Positions 1-12,168 are shown, counted from the first letter of the stretch. The stretch: 64,000 bases of DNA from an uncultured Gammaproteobacteria bacterium (GCA_964641245.1 CAZXML010000001.1:229460-293459); one strand, 5' to 3'. A program made the numbers and translations. The notes: generated by a model from the letters alone, not told the origin.

Positions 1-1474
1 TGCGGGTGGGCGGAACATTTTTAATTTCTGTTTTTAATACCTCAAATGGCAGTAAACCTTTGTAAACATAACCAACTTCTCCTTCGGCGCAGGAAACAGT
101 AACTTCTTCTCCGTTGGAAATAACCTGGCGGGCTTTGGCGGCGCCCACAATGCAAGGCGTGCCCAGTTCCCGGCTAACAATGGCCGCATGCGAGGTTTTT
201 CCGCCTTGCTCGGTAACGATGGCGCTGGCCATGCGCATAATTGGCTCCCAATCCGGATCGGTAATGCGGGTTATTAGAACCTCACCAGGCTTGAATTGCT
301 TCATTTGCTTGGGCGAACTTATAACTCTGGCCCGTCCCTGGCCGATTTTTTGACCAACACTGGTACCGGTGAGCAAAACCTTGCCTTTTTGTTTTTGTTT
401 TAAATGGTATTGTTCTATTACATTTACTTTAACCCGGGAACGCACGGTTTCGGATCTGGCTTGCACAATAAATAACTTCCCGGTAACGCCGTCTTTGGCC
501 CATTCCATATCCATAGGGTGGCCATAATGTTCTTCTATGATTACGCCCCACTTGGCCAATTGCAAAACTTCGTCATCGGTTAGACAATACTTTTTTTGAT
601 CCGGCATTTTTACTTTTTCCTGTTTTGTTCCACCTGTTACCACCGCCGAGGCGGGGTGCCGCTTCATAGCGGCATAAACTAATTTTACTTCCTTACTTCC
701 CAAACGCCTGCTGATGATAGATTTAAAACCATTTTTTAGGCCATCTTTGAAAATATAAAATTGATCCGGAATAACCTGGCCCTTTACAACATATTCGCCC
801 AAACCATAAGCGGCATTTATTAAAACTACACCCTTAAAACCGGATTCGGTGTCTAGAGTAAACATTACCCCGCTGGCTCCAACATCGGAACGAACCATTT
901 CTTGCACGCCCACAGATAAAGCAATGGCCGTGTGTTCGTAGCCTTTGTCTTCGCGGTAGGAAATTGCGCGGTCGGTAAATAACGACGCGATACATTTTTT
1001 ACAGGCGAGCATCAATTCTTCTTCGCCACGAACATTTAAATATGTTTCCTGCTGACCGGCAAAACTGGCATCCGGTAAATCTTCAGCGGTAGCGCTACTG
1101 CGTACGGCAACGTCTACATTATGCTTTTTAGATGTTTTACAAAGTTGTTTATAAGAATTTCTGATTTCTTTTTCTATGTCTTTGGGAAAGGTGGCGGCCA
1201 AAATCATTTTTCGCACTTTATCGCCCACTCTTTTTAATTCGTTGATATCTTTCTTATTCAAACCTTTTAATGTTTCCTTAATTTTTTTATCCAATTTATT
1301 GGCGCGCAAAAAAGACCAGTACACATCGGCAGTTAACGCAAAGCCGTTTGGTACAGGCACTCCTTTAGATTTTAATTTAGCGTACATTTCTCCCAATGAA
1401 GCGTTTTTTCCGCCAACGGAAGGGATGTCTTTGATGGTGAGGTCTTTGAACCAAGAGATGTAATTGGGACTCAT
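1..1474 (-). CDS. ppsA: Phosphoenolpyruvate synthase, 3' end beyond window edge
   Basis: Not in the ORF track because it is truncated. My translation from ATG at 1474: MSPNYISWFKDLTIKDIPSVGGKNASLGEMY, later VAVRSSATAEDLPDASFAGQQETYLN, MDMEWAKDG and GGKTSHAAIVSRELG (phospho-His motif). Confidence 0.95.
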   Translation of the reverse strand, partial: MSPNYISWFKDLTIKDIPSVGGKNASLGEMYAKLKSKGVPVPNGFALTADVYWSFLRANKLDKKIKETLKGLNKKDINELKRVGDKVRKMILAATFPKDIEKEIRNSYKQLCKTSKKHNVDVAVRSSATAEDLPDASFAGQQETYLNVRGEEELMLACKKCIASLFTDRAISYREDKGYEHTAIALSVGVQEMVRSDVGASGVMFTLDTESGFKGVVLINAAYGLGEYVVKGQVIPDQFYIFKDGLKNGFKSIISRRLGSKEVKLVYAAMKRHPASAVVTGGTKQEKVKMPDQKKYCLTDDEVLQLAKWGVIIEEHYGHPMDMEWAKDGVTGKLFIVQARSETVRSRVKVNVIEQYHLKQKQKGKVLLTGTSVGQKIGQGRARVISSPKQMKQFKPGEVLITRITDPDWEPIMRMASAIVTEQGGKTSHAAIVSRELGTPCIVGAAKARQVISNGEEVTVSCAEGEVGYVYKGLLPFEVLKTEIKNVPPTR

Positions 1475-1489
1475 AGTGCGATAATTATA

Positions 1490-3580
<2,091 letters not shown>

Positions 3581-3591
3581 TTATTCTGGTT

Positions 3592-3750
3592 TGTCATTGC
3601 GACCCGTCAAGCGGGGAAGCAATCCTATCCACAGCTCACTCACTCTCTCCCCTACAAGGGGAGAGATAAAGAGAGGGGTTTATCGTTAAAATGTTAGCTT
3701 AACAACAACCAAAACCCCCTCTACTGTTCTCCCCCTTATAGGGGGAGAAA
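3592..3750. repeat. Repeat cluster: half GTCATTGCGA element plus two family-B CTCCCC-N-GGGGAG hairpin elements
   Basis: TGTCATTGCGA...GAAGCAATCC (3592-3625), CTCTCTCCCCTACAAGGGGAGAG (3643-3665), CTCCCCCTTATAGGGGGAG (about 3730-3748); similar to 47051-47145. Confidence 0.75.
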
Positions 3751-3751
3751 C

Positions 3752-4540
3752 CTACTTCAAAAAACCTATATACCATTGTAAAATCCGCTCTCCCCACAAC
3801 ATAGCTACAAACGTACCAAGCGCGAGGTACGTTCCAAACGGAATGGCGCTGGAAAGATGCTTTTTGCGGGATGCCAGGAGTAATAAGCCGACAAAAGCTC
3901 CGACTACATACGCGATAAATAAAGCCACCAGCGTTACCGGCCAGCCCAACCAAATGCCCATCATGACACCAAGTCTAACATCTCCTCCTCCTATCCATTT
4001 TCCGCTGGAAATGACGTATTGTAAAAAGAAAAATCCTCCGGCGATTAGCGCGCCGATTAGCATTGATAACAAGCTATGTCCCAAGAAAATATTAAAAAAT
4101 AATCCGGCCAGAGCGCCAAACCAAATTACCTGGGGTAAAATTTCCTGATACAAATAATCGTAGATAAAAATTACAATGAGCAAGGATACAAAGGTAAAAT
4201 CCCGCAAAAAAAGCGCAGGCTCAACTGCCCCGCTGTTTAAATTTTTCCAGGCCACAAGCACAAAAATTAAGGCCGTGCCAAACTCTACAAAAGAAAAGTG
4301 TTTGGGAATTGCCGCTTTACATGTTCGGCATTTCCCCCATAACACTAAATAACTCAAAACCGGAATATTTTCGTACCAGGTAAGCTGACGCCGGCAGGCG
4401 GGGCACATACTGCGGCCGTTAACAATTTTAAAATTTTCGTGAGCGCGCCAAATCCAGGAGTTTAAAAAACTGCCCAGCGCGAGGCCGAGGAAAAAAATTA
4501 TAAAGTAAAAAAATTGCCCGATATCGTCCAAGTAATTCAT
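3752..4540 (-). CDS. pilD: Prepilin peptidase
   Basis: GSFLN, RSMCPAC...GKCRTC Zn motif, GGGDVRL, IPFGTYL. Confidence 0.95.
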   Translation of the reverse strand: MNYLDDIGQFFYFIIFFLGLALGSFLNSWIWRAHENFKIVNGRSMCPACRRQLTWYENIPVLSYLVLWGKCRTCKAAIPKHFSFVEFGTALIFVLVAWKNLNSGAVEPALFLRDFTFVSLLIVIFIYDYLYQEILPQVIWFGALAGLFFNIFLGHSLLSMLIGALIAGGFFFLQYVISSGKWIGGGDVRLGVMMGIWLGWPVTLVALFIAYVVGAFVGLLLLASRKKHLSSAIPFGTYLALGTFVAMLWGERILQWYIGFLK

Positions 4541-4574
4541 ACGGACTAATTATATCATAATCAATAAAATCCAC

Positions 4575-4608
4575 AACAAAAAACCCATCTTGCGAAGGGT
4601 TTTTTGTT
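4575..4608 (-). terminator. Intrinsic terminator after the pilin gene
   Basis: AACAAAAAACCC...GGGTTTTTTGTT hairpin with T/A tails. Confidence 0.7.
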
Positions 4609-4624
4609 TTAAACTAAGTTTAAA

Positions 4625-5065
4625 CTATTGTTGAGCTATACCGGATGGGCTAAGGGAAATTCCTCCGCTCAATCCGTTAACTGTTGTTTCTAAGTTAGCA
4701 GTTACGATGTAAGAACTGGAAGTTGCTAATGTGTAAACGTAAGATTGGGTTGCTAAAGGATCTGACGGGACTTGACCCATATACGGGCTGCCACATCCGA
4801 CGGTTGTAAAGCCAGAAGCGTTTAAACAAGCTTGGCCAGTGGCTCCCAATGTGACGCCAGCACCTGCCGGGTAGGCAGTTTGATCAGTATAGTAAAGTTC
4901 CAAAGCGGTTTGTAATTGTTTTAAGTCGGACAAACGGCGCGCATCGCGGGCTTTTTGTCTGGCGTTTCCTAAGGCTACTACAGCTAAGGTTGATAATAAA
5001 CCAATAATAGCTATAACCACCAACAATTCAATCAAAGTGAAACCTTTCTTGTTCATGTTTTTCAT
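4625..5065 (-). CDS. Type IV pilin (probable major pilin)
   Basis: Class III signal KKG|[27 protein letters not shown] helix; strong GGAG/GGGGGTG RBS and own terminator. Confidence 0.93.
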   Translation of the reverse strand: MKNMNKKGFTLIELLVVIAIIGLLSTLAVVALGNARQKARDARRLSDLKQLQTALELYYTDQTAYPAGAGVTLGATGQACLNASGFTTVGCGSPYMGQVPSDPLATQSYVYTLATSSSYIVTANLETTVNGLSGGISLSPSGIAQQ

Positions 5066-5153
5066 AGTTTCACCCCCTCTCCATAATTAATTCTGACATC
5101 ATTTTGCATACTTGGATTACATTAGACACGTCGCCATCATTTCATCACTGTGG

Positions 5154-5233
5154 AGTATTAAGTATTAGGTAGTAAGTATTATGCGACAATTTCGACTTGT
5201 ACGCTTAATACATAATACTTGATACTTAATACT
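5154..5233. repeat. Inverted pair of AGTATTA heptamer tandem arrays
   Basis: agtatta agtatta ggtagta agtatta, spacer, then taataca taatact tgatact taatact. Confidence 0.85.
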
Positions 5234-5263
5234 AAAATTGCGTTTCTATTATATCACATTAAA

Positions 5264-5647
5264 CTATTTTTTATGCAAGACCGCCCGAACTTTATCCACA
5301 ACCTCTGATGGTTTAAAGTGGGTTTTTAGTAAATAACCGGCGGCGCCTTCGTCCAACCCGCGCTTAACATCATCTTTTTGGCCAAGGTTAGTAAGTAAAA
5401 TTATAGGGATATTTTTTATGGATGCGTCCGCCTTGACCGCTTCTAAAACCGCAAATCCGTCTAATTTTGGCAAGAGAATATCCAGCAAAACGATATCGGG
5501 CCTCTTTTTTTTGATATCGCTCAACCCCTTTTCACCATTATTGGCCATACTTACTTTAAACCCCTCCATTTCAAATTTTTTCTGATAAATTTCCGCCAGG
5601 AAAACGTCGTCTTCCACAATTAAAACATGGGATTGATTGTCTGACAT
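5264..5647 (-). CDS. Single-domain response regulator (CheY-like receiver)
   Basis: VLIVEDD, LLDILLPKLDG, LTN, K motifs; start refined to MSDNQ at 5647. Confidence 0.9.
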   Translation of the reverse strand: MSDNQSHVLIVEDDVFLAEIYQKKFEMEGFKVSMANNGEKGLSDIKKKRPDIVLLDILLPKLDGFAVLEAVKADASIKNIPIILLTNLGQKDDVKRGLDEGAAGYLLKTHFKPSEVVDKVRAVLHKK

Positions 5648-5715
5648 AATTAAAATTAGCAATTAACAATTAGCAATTAACAATTGTTGGTTGTTAATTG
5701 TTTTTTGTTCATTAT

Positions 5716-6867
5716 TTAAACAATATTCCGTAACGCCAAACCAATGGCCACGGACATGCGCGGCCCTATTTGGCGCAAAATCGGTTTCAACCCCTCCTGA
5801 TATACGACTCTGGCCCAAGAATCTCCTACATATGTTTTAATTTTAAATTTTTCTTGAATATACTTTGCCAGAAACGGCATCAAGGCCATTCCGCCGGTTA
5901 AAATAATTTTTTCGGGGCGCTTGCCTTCATTGCCGGTTTGACGCAAATATAATTCCAAACTGACTTCTACCTCCTTCATTATAGGATCTACCACCGGCAT
6001 TAAAATGTCCAGCCATTTTTGTTCGGTTAATATATTATTACTGGTCGCGGCCAGATAGTCAAATAAATCATGCTTAGCCTGCTCAACTAGATCGCGTTCA
6101 ACCCCTAAAATATTTTGTAAAACCTTGTCTATTTTATCGCCACCCGATTCTATGCTTTGATGAGTAATTGGCATGCCCTGGTCTATTATAAAAAAGTTTG
6201 TGCGTTCGGAACCGATGTCTATTATCATAGATAACGCCTGATCCCTGCCAACCAAACATCGAGACAAGGCCGTTGATTCGGGTTCCAACGCCTCTAAAGA
6301 CAATCCGGCGCGCTGGAAAATTTTGGAATAAAATTCTATGAGTTTATGCGGTACGGCATTTACCAAAACCCGCTGTGATTTATCTTCGGGCAAACCTTTT
6401 AACACCTGATAATCCAAGGCCATTTCTTCTAAAGGCATGGGCAATAATTTTTTTACTTCCGCTTTAACAATATGATCTAGTTCTTCTTTCTTTAATATAG
6501 GAAGCGTAACCACCGCGTGAAAAACAGATGAAACCGGCAGGCTGACAACCGCAGTTTTGGATATTATTCGAGACGATTTGCAAATCGCCTTAAGAGTGTT
6601 CGCGTATTTTTCTATTTGCGCCTCGTTGTCACCCTCCCCTTTTAGGGGAGGGACAGAGGGTGGGGTATTCGCGGAGTTTTGTTTCTCTAAAAGACCGGCG
6701 ATATTTTTTTCTTCATTGGCCGCAAGTTTATGGATATCCTGTTTGCCGGATGTTAAACCGTACGAAAACAAAACCGGCCTGTTTTTTTCCAGGCGTAATT
6801 CTACTAATTTTATTCCCCCGGACCCGATGTCTACTCCGAGAAAGGATTTTGGTTTATTCCAAAACAT
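5716..6867 (-). CDS. pilM: Type IV pilus assembly protein PilM (actin-like), with repeat-derived insertion
   Basis: LGVDIGSGGIKLVEL, IIDIGSERT, ILTGG, VAIGLALR; pilus gene context. Confidence 0.92.
   Translation of the reverse strand: MFWNKPKSFLGVDIGSGGIKLVELRLEKNRPVLFSYGLTSGKQDIHKLAANEEKNIAGLLEKQNSANTPPSVPPLKGEGDNEAQIEKYANTLKAICKSSRIISKTAVVSLPVSSVFHAVVTLPILKKEELDHIVKAEVKKLLPMPLEEMALDYQVLKGLPEDKSQRVLVNAVPHKLIEFYSKIFQRAGLSLEALEPESTALSRCLVGRDQALSMIIDIGSERTNFFIIDQGMPITHQSIESGGDKIDKVLQNILGVERDLVEQAKHDLFDYLAATSNNILTEQKWLDILMPVVDPIMKEVEVSLELYLRQTGNEGKRPEKIILTGGMALMPFLAKYIQEKFKIKTYVGDSWARVVYQEGLKPILRQIGPRMSVAIGLALRNIV
6632..6669. repeat. Family-B hairpin repeat in frame inside pilM (NTPPSVPPLKGEG)
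   Basis: CCCTCCCCTTTTAGGGGAGGGACAGAGGGTGGGGTATT is nearly identical to intergenic CTCTCCCCTTTTAGGGGAGAGACAGAGAGAGGGGTATC at about 47053-47090. Confidence 0.85.
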
Positions 6868-7009
6868 AGTAACCTTAATTTCTAATAAGTTAAGTATACC
6901 ATATATGGGACTATTTGATAACTGGGGATAAATGATGTAAACTAAAGAAATAATGAAATTAGAAAATAAAGAAATTTCTTAATTTCGCAATTTCTCAATT
7001 TCCGTTTCT

Positions 7010-8389
7010 ATGAAACTATACAATACATTATCCAGAAAAATAGACGACTTTAAGGAAATAAAACGTGGAAAAGTAGGTATCTACGCTTGCGGACCAACTG
7101 TTTATAATTTCGCGCATATTGGCAATCTGCGGACTTTTCTTTTTGAAGATATTTTGAAAAGGACACTTCTATATAATGGGTACGCTGTGAACCTGGTAAT
7201 GAATATTACCGACGTTGGCCATTTAACCGGCGACGGCGATGAAGGTGAGGACAAAGTGGCTAAGAGCGCGGAGCTTATGGGAAAAAGCGCGTTACAAATT
7301 TCTAAGTTTTATACGCTGGCGTTTAGAAAAGATTTAAAAAAACTGAACATTCTGACACCAAATAAACTGCCCAAGGCCACAAGCAACATAAAAGAACAAA
7401 TTGCTTTAATAAAAAAATTGGAAACAAAAGGCTTCACTTATAAAACAAAAGACGGAATTTATTTTGATACATCCAAATTACCGGATTACGGAAAACTGGC
7501 GCAACTGGCCAAACAGGAATTAAAAGCCGGGGCCAGAGTAAGTATGGGAGAGAAAAAAAATACGACAGACTTTGCGTTGTGGAAATTCTCAACCGGAACG
7601 GAAAAACGCCAGATGGAATGGAAAAGTCCGTGGGGTGTTGGTTTTCCGGGCTGGCATATAGAATGTTCGGCCATGTCCGTAAAATATTTGGGCCAGCCGT
7701 TTGATATTCATTGCGGCGGCATAGATCTGGTACCTGTGCATCACACCAACGAAATCGCGCAAAGCGAAGCTGCCGAAGGCAAACCGTTAGCTAATTATTG
7801 GTTGCATGGCGAATTCGTGTTGATGGGTGAAGATAAAATGGCTAAATCCACCAACAACTTTATAACTTTACAAACTTTAAAAACTAAGAACTTCTCCCCC
7901 CTCGCCTATCGCTACTTATTACTGCAAACTCATTACCGGAAACAGTTGGCATTTTCTTGGGACGCTTTACAAGCCGCTCAAAATGGTTTGAATCATTTGT
8001 ATAATATAGTACGGACATGGGATAAATCCGGACCAAGTTGTACCGATTATGAAAAAAAGTTTTTGGAGGCCATAAATAATGACTTGGATATGCCCGCGGC
8101 CACAGCTATTATGTGGGAATTAATTAAAGACCCAATGTACCCGGGTTCCGCCAAAAGAAAAACAATTTTAAAGTTTGACAAAGTGCTCGGACTCGGTTTA
8201 AGTAAACTGAAAAAACAAAAAATTTCTGTCCCTGCGGAAATCCTGGCTCTGGTAGCCGGAAGAGACGGCGCCCGTTTTTCCAAAAACTGGGCAAAAAGCG
8301 ATGAGCTAAGAAAAAAAATAGAATCGGCCGGTTATTCGGTTGAGGATACGCCGGAGGGGTCAAAAATTACACCCATTTCTTCAATATAA
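7010..8389 (+). CDS. cysS: Cysteine--tRNA ligase
   Basis: [27 protein letters not shown]. Confidence 0.97.
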   Translation: MKLYNTLSRKIDDFKEIKRGKVGIYACGPTVYNFAHIGNLRTFLFEDILKRTLLYNGYAVNLVMNITDVGHLTGDGDEGEDKVAKSAELMGKSALQISKFYTLAFRKDLKKLNILTPNKLPKATSNIKEQIALIKKLETKGFTYKTKDGIYFDTSKLPDYGKLAQLAKQELKAGARVSMGEKKNTTDFALWKFSTGTEKRQMEWKSPWGVGFPGWHIECSAMSVKYLGQPFDIHCGGIDLVPVHHTNEIAQSEAAEGKPLANYWLHGEFVLMGEDKMAKSTNNFITLQTLKTKNFSPLAYRYLLLQTHYRKQLAFSWDALQAAQNGLNHLYNIVRTWDKSGPSCTDYEKKFLEAINNDLDMPAATAIMWELIKDPMYPGSAKRKTILKFDKVLGLGLSKLKKQKISVPAEILALVAGRDGARFSKNWAKSDELRKKIESAGYSVEDTPEGSKITPISSI

Positions 8390-8400
8390 AAAGATAAAAC

Positions 8401-8429
8401 AAAAACAGCCTTTGAAAAAGCTGTTTTTG
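8401..8429 (+). terminator. Intrinsic terminator after cysS
   Basis: AAAAACAGC-loop-GCTGTTTTT. Confidence 0.7.
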
Positions 8430-8531
8430 TATTGCCCCGTCGAAATTTCCTTGTGGAAATTCTTTGGGGCGAGTTGAACCGGAACGTGGTTACGTTACCG
8501 GGCGTTTTTGACGGGAAAGAGCGGGGTTGTG

Positions 8532-9074
8532 TTACTTTCCGGGCAACACCTCGGGCGCGTCATCGTCCTTCAACTTGAAGGGCGCCACGATGATCCGCGG
8601 CTCGACGTAGACTGACTTGACGTCCTTGCCGTTGGGATCCTTGCAGAGCACCCACGTTCCTTCCGCCGAAGCCGGTGAGAACAGGCCGTTGGGGTCCGCT
8701 TGCGCAATGACCTGATACGTATACCCATTTCGCCCGCTTTGGTTCTCGTACACGATCTTCTGCGGATTGGTGAACTGCGTGGCGTACGGGATGCCGTACC
8801 CAACAGAGTTGCAGAAGAACATTGCCTTCCCGGTCATCTCGTTGTACAGGTAGGTGTAGGTGACCAGACCATCCTGATCACGCAACTCCATGATGTCCTT
8901 CAGGATCTTCCGCTCGCGGAAGTTGTGGATGGCCGGCATGCCCACTTGGGCGGTTGCCTCGGCCAGCATTGTCTCCTGCTGTTGCTGCTGCACACTGTCA
9001 GAAGACTTGCCTCTGTCGGTGCACGAGCCCAGCAGAACAACCGTCGCAATCAGAACCACCGTTGTCGTCTTCAT
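8532..9074 (-). CDS. Hypothetical lipoprotein (GC-rich, phage-like)
   Basis: Start refined to MKTTTVVLIATVVLLGS|C (lipobox); C-terminal GYGIPYATQFTNP, QADPNGLF, YVEPR motifs; GC-rich codons. Confidence 0.8.
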   Translation of the reverse strand: MKTTTVVLIATVVLLGSCTDRGKSSDSVQQQQQETMLAEATAQVGMPAIHNFRERKILKDIMELRDQDGLVTYTYLYNEMTGKAMFFCNSVGYGIPYATQFTNPQKIVYENQSGRNGYTYQVIAQADPNGLFSPASAEGTWVLCKDPNGKDVKSVYVEPRIIVAPFKLKDDDAPEVLPGK

Positions 9075-9111
9075 GGCTTTTCTCCGTTTTCCTGCGTTGG
9101 GGGTTGAAGAG

Positions 9112-9492
9112 CTAGTACTTCTGACCGAGCCGTTCCTGCTTGAGCTGGTGGACGAACGCCCGCAAATCCGCGGGCATCTTCTCCTCCGGGTAGTCCGCGG
9201 CGCGATGCAGGATGATGGACGCAAGCGCATCCTTCTCCTCCTGAGACTTGGCCTGCACGTACTGGAACTGCATGTTCTGCAATTCCTGGATCATGCCCTG
9301 GTTGTAAGCCTTGGACTCCTCGAAGGTCTGCCGGCGCACCTTCTCGTACTTCGGCGCGAACGCCTTGTACAGAAAGAAGTCACTGCCTTGGACCAGCCAC
9401 ACGGATGCCAGCGCCAGAACCAGCACGCCGAGCACGCTCGCCACAGCCACCTTCACTCCCGACACGTCGGAACTTGTCACTTCAGGTCGCAT
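9112..9492 (-). CDS. Hypothetical single-TM protein (GC-rich, partner of the lipoprotein)
   Basis: Start refined to MRPEV after GGAGGTG RBS; N-terminal TM then KYEKVRRQTFEESKAYNQGM helix. Confidence 0.8.
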   Translation of the reverse strand: MRPEVTSSDVSGVKVAVASVLGVLVLALASVWLVQGSDFFLYKAFAPKYEKVRRQTFEESKAYNQGMIQELQNMQFQYVQAKSQEEKDALASIILHRAADYPEEKMPADLRAFVHQLKQERLGQKY

Positions 9493-9560
9493 TTGACACC
9501 TCCGAAAAAATCCACCACGAATCCTCCGTGGCCAAGGTTGGGCAAAATACCCAATGCATA

Positions 9561-9589
9561 ATTGTAGCATTATAAATGTAATTTGTCAA
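9561..9589 (-). promoter_or_regulatory. Sigma70 promoter for the 9492 gene pair
   Basis: TTGACA-17 bp-TACAAT on the minus strand. Confidence 0.65.
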
Positions 9590-9641
9590 CCTTTTACAAA
9601 AGGCTATTTTGGCGTATATTACGCGTAGAATGGAGGACAAA

Positions 9642-9794
9642 ATGGGCTTCAACAAGAAGCATTGGTTGTTTCATTTGGCGGCGATTAGGGCTGTTCTTTA
9701 CCTGGCTCCGGCCAATTGCGGCCACGCCAGGGTGGATAAAAAGGCTCTACCTATAGCGGACGTTGCCACGACGAGTCGTGGCTTTTTTATTTAA
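9642..9794 (+). CDS. Possible small protein or gene remnant (50 aa)
   Basis: GGAGG RBS before ATG at 9642, but the ORF runs through a terminator hairpin (GCCACGAC-GTCGTGGC-TTTTT). Confidence 0.3.
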   Translation: MGFNKKHWLFHLAAIRAVLYLAPANCGHARVDKKALPIADVATTSRGFFI

Positions 9795-9863
9795 AAAAAA
9801 AGCCCTCATGCGTTCGCGGCTTTAGCGTGACCGTTCGAGGGCGACAGAATTCCTGCTGATTTA

Positions 9864-10364
9864 TTATTTTCCGTGCTCGGGCAACGCCTTCGTTTCTCCG
9901 GCTGTTGCAGTCATCTGAAGAGAAATACCGAAAATTCTCTCGGTTGATTCCGCCATTATTCGGACACAACTTTCGAACTCATCACCATCTATTTCACGAT
10001 AAGCCAGATTACAACGCAATGAATTAAGCTTATCCATCCAAATCCTGAACGGTTGGTTTCGCGCCTCAACTAAAGCAATTTGTTGCTTATGCTCCAACTG
10101 CTTGATTTTGAGCGCTTCCTTACCTTGCATCTGACTGGCAATCACCTCGACTAGCGGCTTCAATGCCTCAATAGCCGCCGGCTGACCATCAATTAAGCTG
10201 TCGGTCATAATCTCGCGAATCTTGTCATACCGCTGGGCGTCAATTGCCAGTTGAGACTGCTTTTCAGCCTCGATGACCTTGAGTTCTCGCCGGCCGTCAA
10301 GAATCTTAATACCAAAGACAAGTCCCAACAGACCCGCAATTCCCATCCCGATTAGGATCACCAT
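9864..10364 (-). CDS. Hypothetical membrane-anchored coiled-coil protein
   Basis: Start refined to MVILIGMG after AAGGAGG; TTGACA-17-TATAGT promoter at about 10385-10413. Confidence 0.7.
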   Translation of the reverse strand: MVILIGMGIAGLLGLVFGIKILDGRRELKVIEAEKQSQLAIDAQRYDKIREIMTDSLIDGQPAAIEALKPLVEVIASQMQGKEALKIKQLEHKQQIALVEARNQPFRIWMDKLNSLRCNLAYREIDGDEFESCVRIMAESTERIFGISLQMTATAGETKALPEHGK

Positions 10365-10440
10365 TGTATTCCTCCTTGGGCCGACTATAACAAAAAACAA
10401 CCATTTTGTCAATGGCTATGTGCGGGGAAAAAAATAATTC

Positions 10441-11370
10441 CTACATCCACTTCTTCTTTTTAAACACCAAAAACATCAGCATCGCGCCGATGACGATTAG
10501 GCCGGTTATTTTCCAAAAACCAAATGGGGTGGCGACGATAGGAGTGCCGGCGGCTTGAATGCTAAAAAGGGTGGCCACCAGGGTGAGCGGGAAGGTAATT
10601 ACGGAAATTATGGTGAGGGTGCGCATTATTTCGTTCATGCGGAGGCCGACGACGGATTCGTTGGTTTCGTGAAGCGCATCTACACTTTCTTTTTGGCTTT
10701 CCAGCGTGTGCCAAATTTCGTTTACGTGTTCACGTACAGTATTTATATAACTTTGATAAGATGATAAATCCAAATCTCTGCCACCGCTGGTAATAAGATG
10801 ATCCAAAACGGTTTTGTGGCCTTGCATGGCCCGACGGAATGTGACCACGTTGGTTTTAAGGCGCAAAATTTCTTCGGCCATTTTCCGGTCCGGCATTTTG
10901 GTAAATAAAATTTTATCTACGGAATTGATGTCGTCGTTAACATGTAAAAGAATGGGGAATACCGAATCTAAAAGACGGGTTAAGAGTTCAAAAAAAATCT
11001 TGGCGGCAGTGCCCTGAAAATATTTAGACGCGGTAGCGGTGTCTTTTTGGCATTCATTAAAAAAATTCTCTATTACAGGTAAACTGTTGTTGTGAATCGT
11101 TATTAAACTTTGACCGTTTAAAAAGAAATCCACTTCGGTAAAGCCCAGCCGGCGGGTTTTACGGTCAAAAACCGGAAAATGCAGAACCAAAAAATAATAC
11201 CCCTCGCGTTTTACAAATTTAGGGCGTTGAAATGCGGGCAGACTTTCTTTTATTTCCTGGTCTGCTAGATTAAATCTTTTTTGCACGGCGCGCAAGACTT
11301 TTTCTTCCGGCTGGGTGACGTTTACCCAGAGCAAACCGTTGTTTTGAATTTCGTTGGAGTTTTTGTGCAT
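10441..11370 (-). CDS. corA: CorA-family Mg2+/Co2+ transporter
   Basis: MNEIMRTLTIISVITFPLTL and two C-terminal TMs; the GMN signature is degenerate (FSIQ). Confidence 0.85.
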   Translation of the reverse strand: MHKNSNEIQNNGLLWVNVTQPEEKVLRAVQKRFNLADQEIKESLPAFQRPKFVKREGYYFLVLHFPVFDRKTRRLGFTEVDFFLNGQSLITIHNNSLPVIENFFNECQKDTATASKYFQGTAAKIFFELLTRLLDSVFPILLHVNDDINSVDKILFTKMPDRKMAEEILRLKTNVVTFRRAMQGHKTVLDHLITSGGRDLDLSSYQSYINTVREHVNEIWHTLESQKESVDALHETNESVVGLRMNEIMRTLTIISVITFPLTLVATLFSIQAAGTPIVATPFGFWKITGLIVIGAMLMFLVFKKKKWM

Positions 11371-11423
11371 AGATTACACGGATTTTTAGCTGATTACGCG
11401 GATTAAAGAAATAGACGCTTATT

Positions 11424-11523
11424 TGTCATCCTGAACGTAGTGAAGGATCTCTGTCCGTCGTTTTTTTGCAAACCAGACAGAGATTCTTCTCCGTCCCGCC
11501 TAGGCAGGCGGATCAGAATGACA
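11424..11523. repeat. Family-A GTCAT...ATGAC palindromic element
   Basis: TGTCATCCTGAACGTAGTGAAGGATCTCTGTC...GACAGAGATTCTTC...CAGAATGACA. Confidence 0.9.
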
Positions 11524-11604
11524 ATTGACGAAACCCTGTATGAGTTATGGGTAAATACATTATACCACATTGTTGGCATACTTAAAATATGTTATAATAA
11601 TAAC

Positions 11605-12090
11605 ATGGCAATTGAACCTAAGGAATCAAATTTATCACCAATAACGGAAACAGAAATTAAGGCTCCACCCGAAGAGCTTGATTTGCAATTGGAAAAAGAG
11701 AGCGCCGAGGAAACAGAACCGGCGGAAGAAAAATTACCTCCGAAGCAAGTTAGCCCGCAACCGGCGCGGCCAATGCCAAAGCCAAGACCGGCCATGCCAC
11801 TGCCCGCCAAAGACGCAGTCATGGTCAAAATAGAAAAAATAATGGAAGAGGGGCTGAACGATTCTTTTCAACGTTTATCCCCTGTTGCCAAGCAGGAATT
11901 TAAATTAAAGGGCGAACAAGCGGCTTCTCAAATCAGAGAACTATTAAAAAGCACCCACGTAAAGGTTAAAAAAATCCTGCGTCTTATTTTGGATTGGTTA
12001 AGAATTCTGCCGGGCGTAAATCATTTTTTTCTAGAACAGGAGGCAAAAATAAAAACAGACAAAATTATCGCTTTAAAAAACAAAGTCTAA
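11605..12090 (+). CDS. Conserved hypothetical protein (acidic/Pro-rich N-terminus)
   Basis: Start refined to MAIEP, 6 nt after TATAAT; C-terminal WLRILPGVNHFFLEQEAKIKTDKI. Confidence 0.8.
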   Translation: MAIEPKESNLSPITETEIKAPPEELDLQLEKESAEETEPAEEKLPPKQVSPQPARPMPKPRPAMPLPAKDAVMVKIEKIMEEGLNDSFQRLSPVAKQEFKLKGEQAASQIRELLKSTHVKVKKILRLILDWLRILPGVNHFFLEQEAKIKTDKIIALKNKV

Positions 12091-12096
12091 TTCAAC

Positions 12097-12164
12097 TGTC
12101 ATGCTGAACTTGTTTCAGCATCTACACACAAGACTAAAGATCCTGAAACAAGTTCAGGATGACA
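12097..12164. repeat. Family-A element (GTCATGCTGAACTTGTTTCAG subtype)
   Basis: Near-identical copies at 14724-14790 and 34250-34311. Confidence 0.9.
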
Positions 12165-12168
12165 AAAT

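Noticed and set aside
5066-5260. c-di-GMP riboswitch upstream of the pilin, prompted by the GGDEF gene
   Set aside because: No GEMM consensus is recognisable; the region is explained by the heptamer arrays and a promoter.
8700-9561. Long plus-strand ORFs in the GC-rich islet, and others such as 51389..52072 and 2186..2827
   Set aside because: They are antisense shadows of well-supported genes with no motifs or RBS.
11440-11604. Long N-terminal extensions of ORFs at 11440, 14785, 34750 and 60712
   Set aside because: They are read-through of upstream repeats or promoters; better starts lie downstream.
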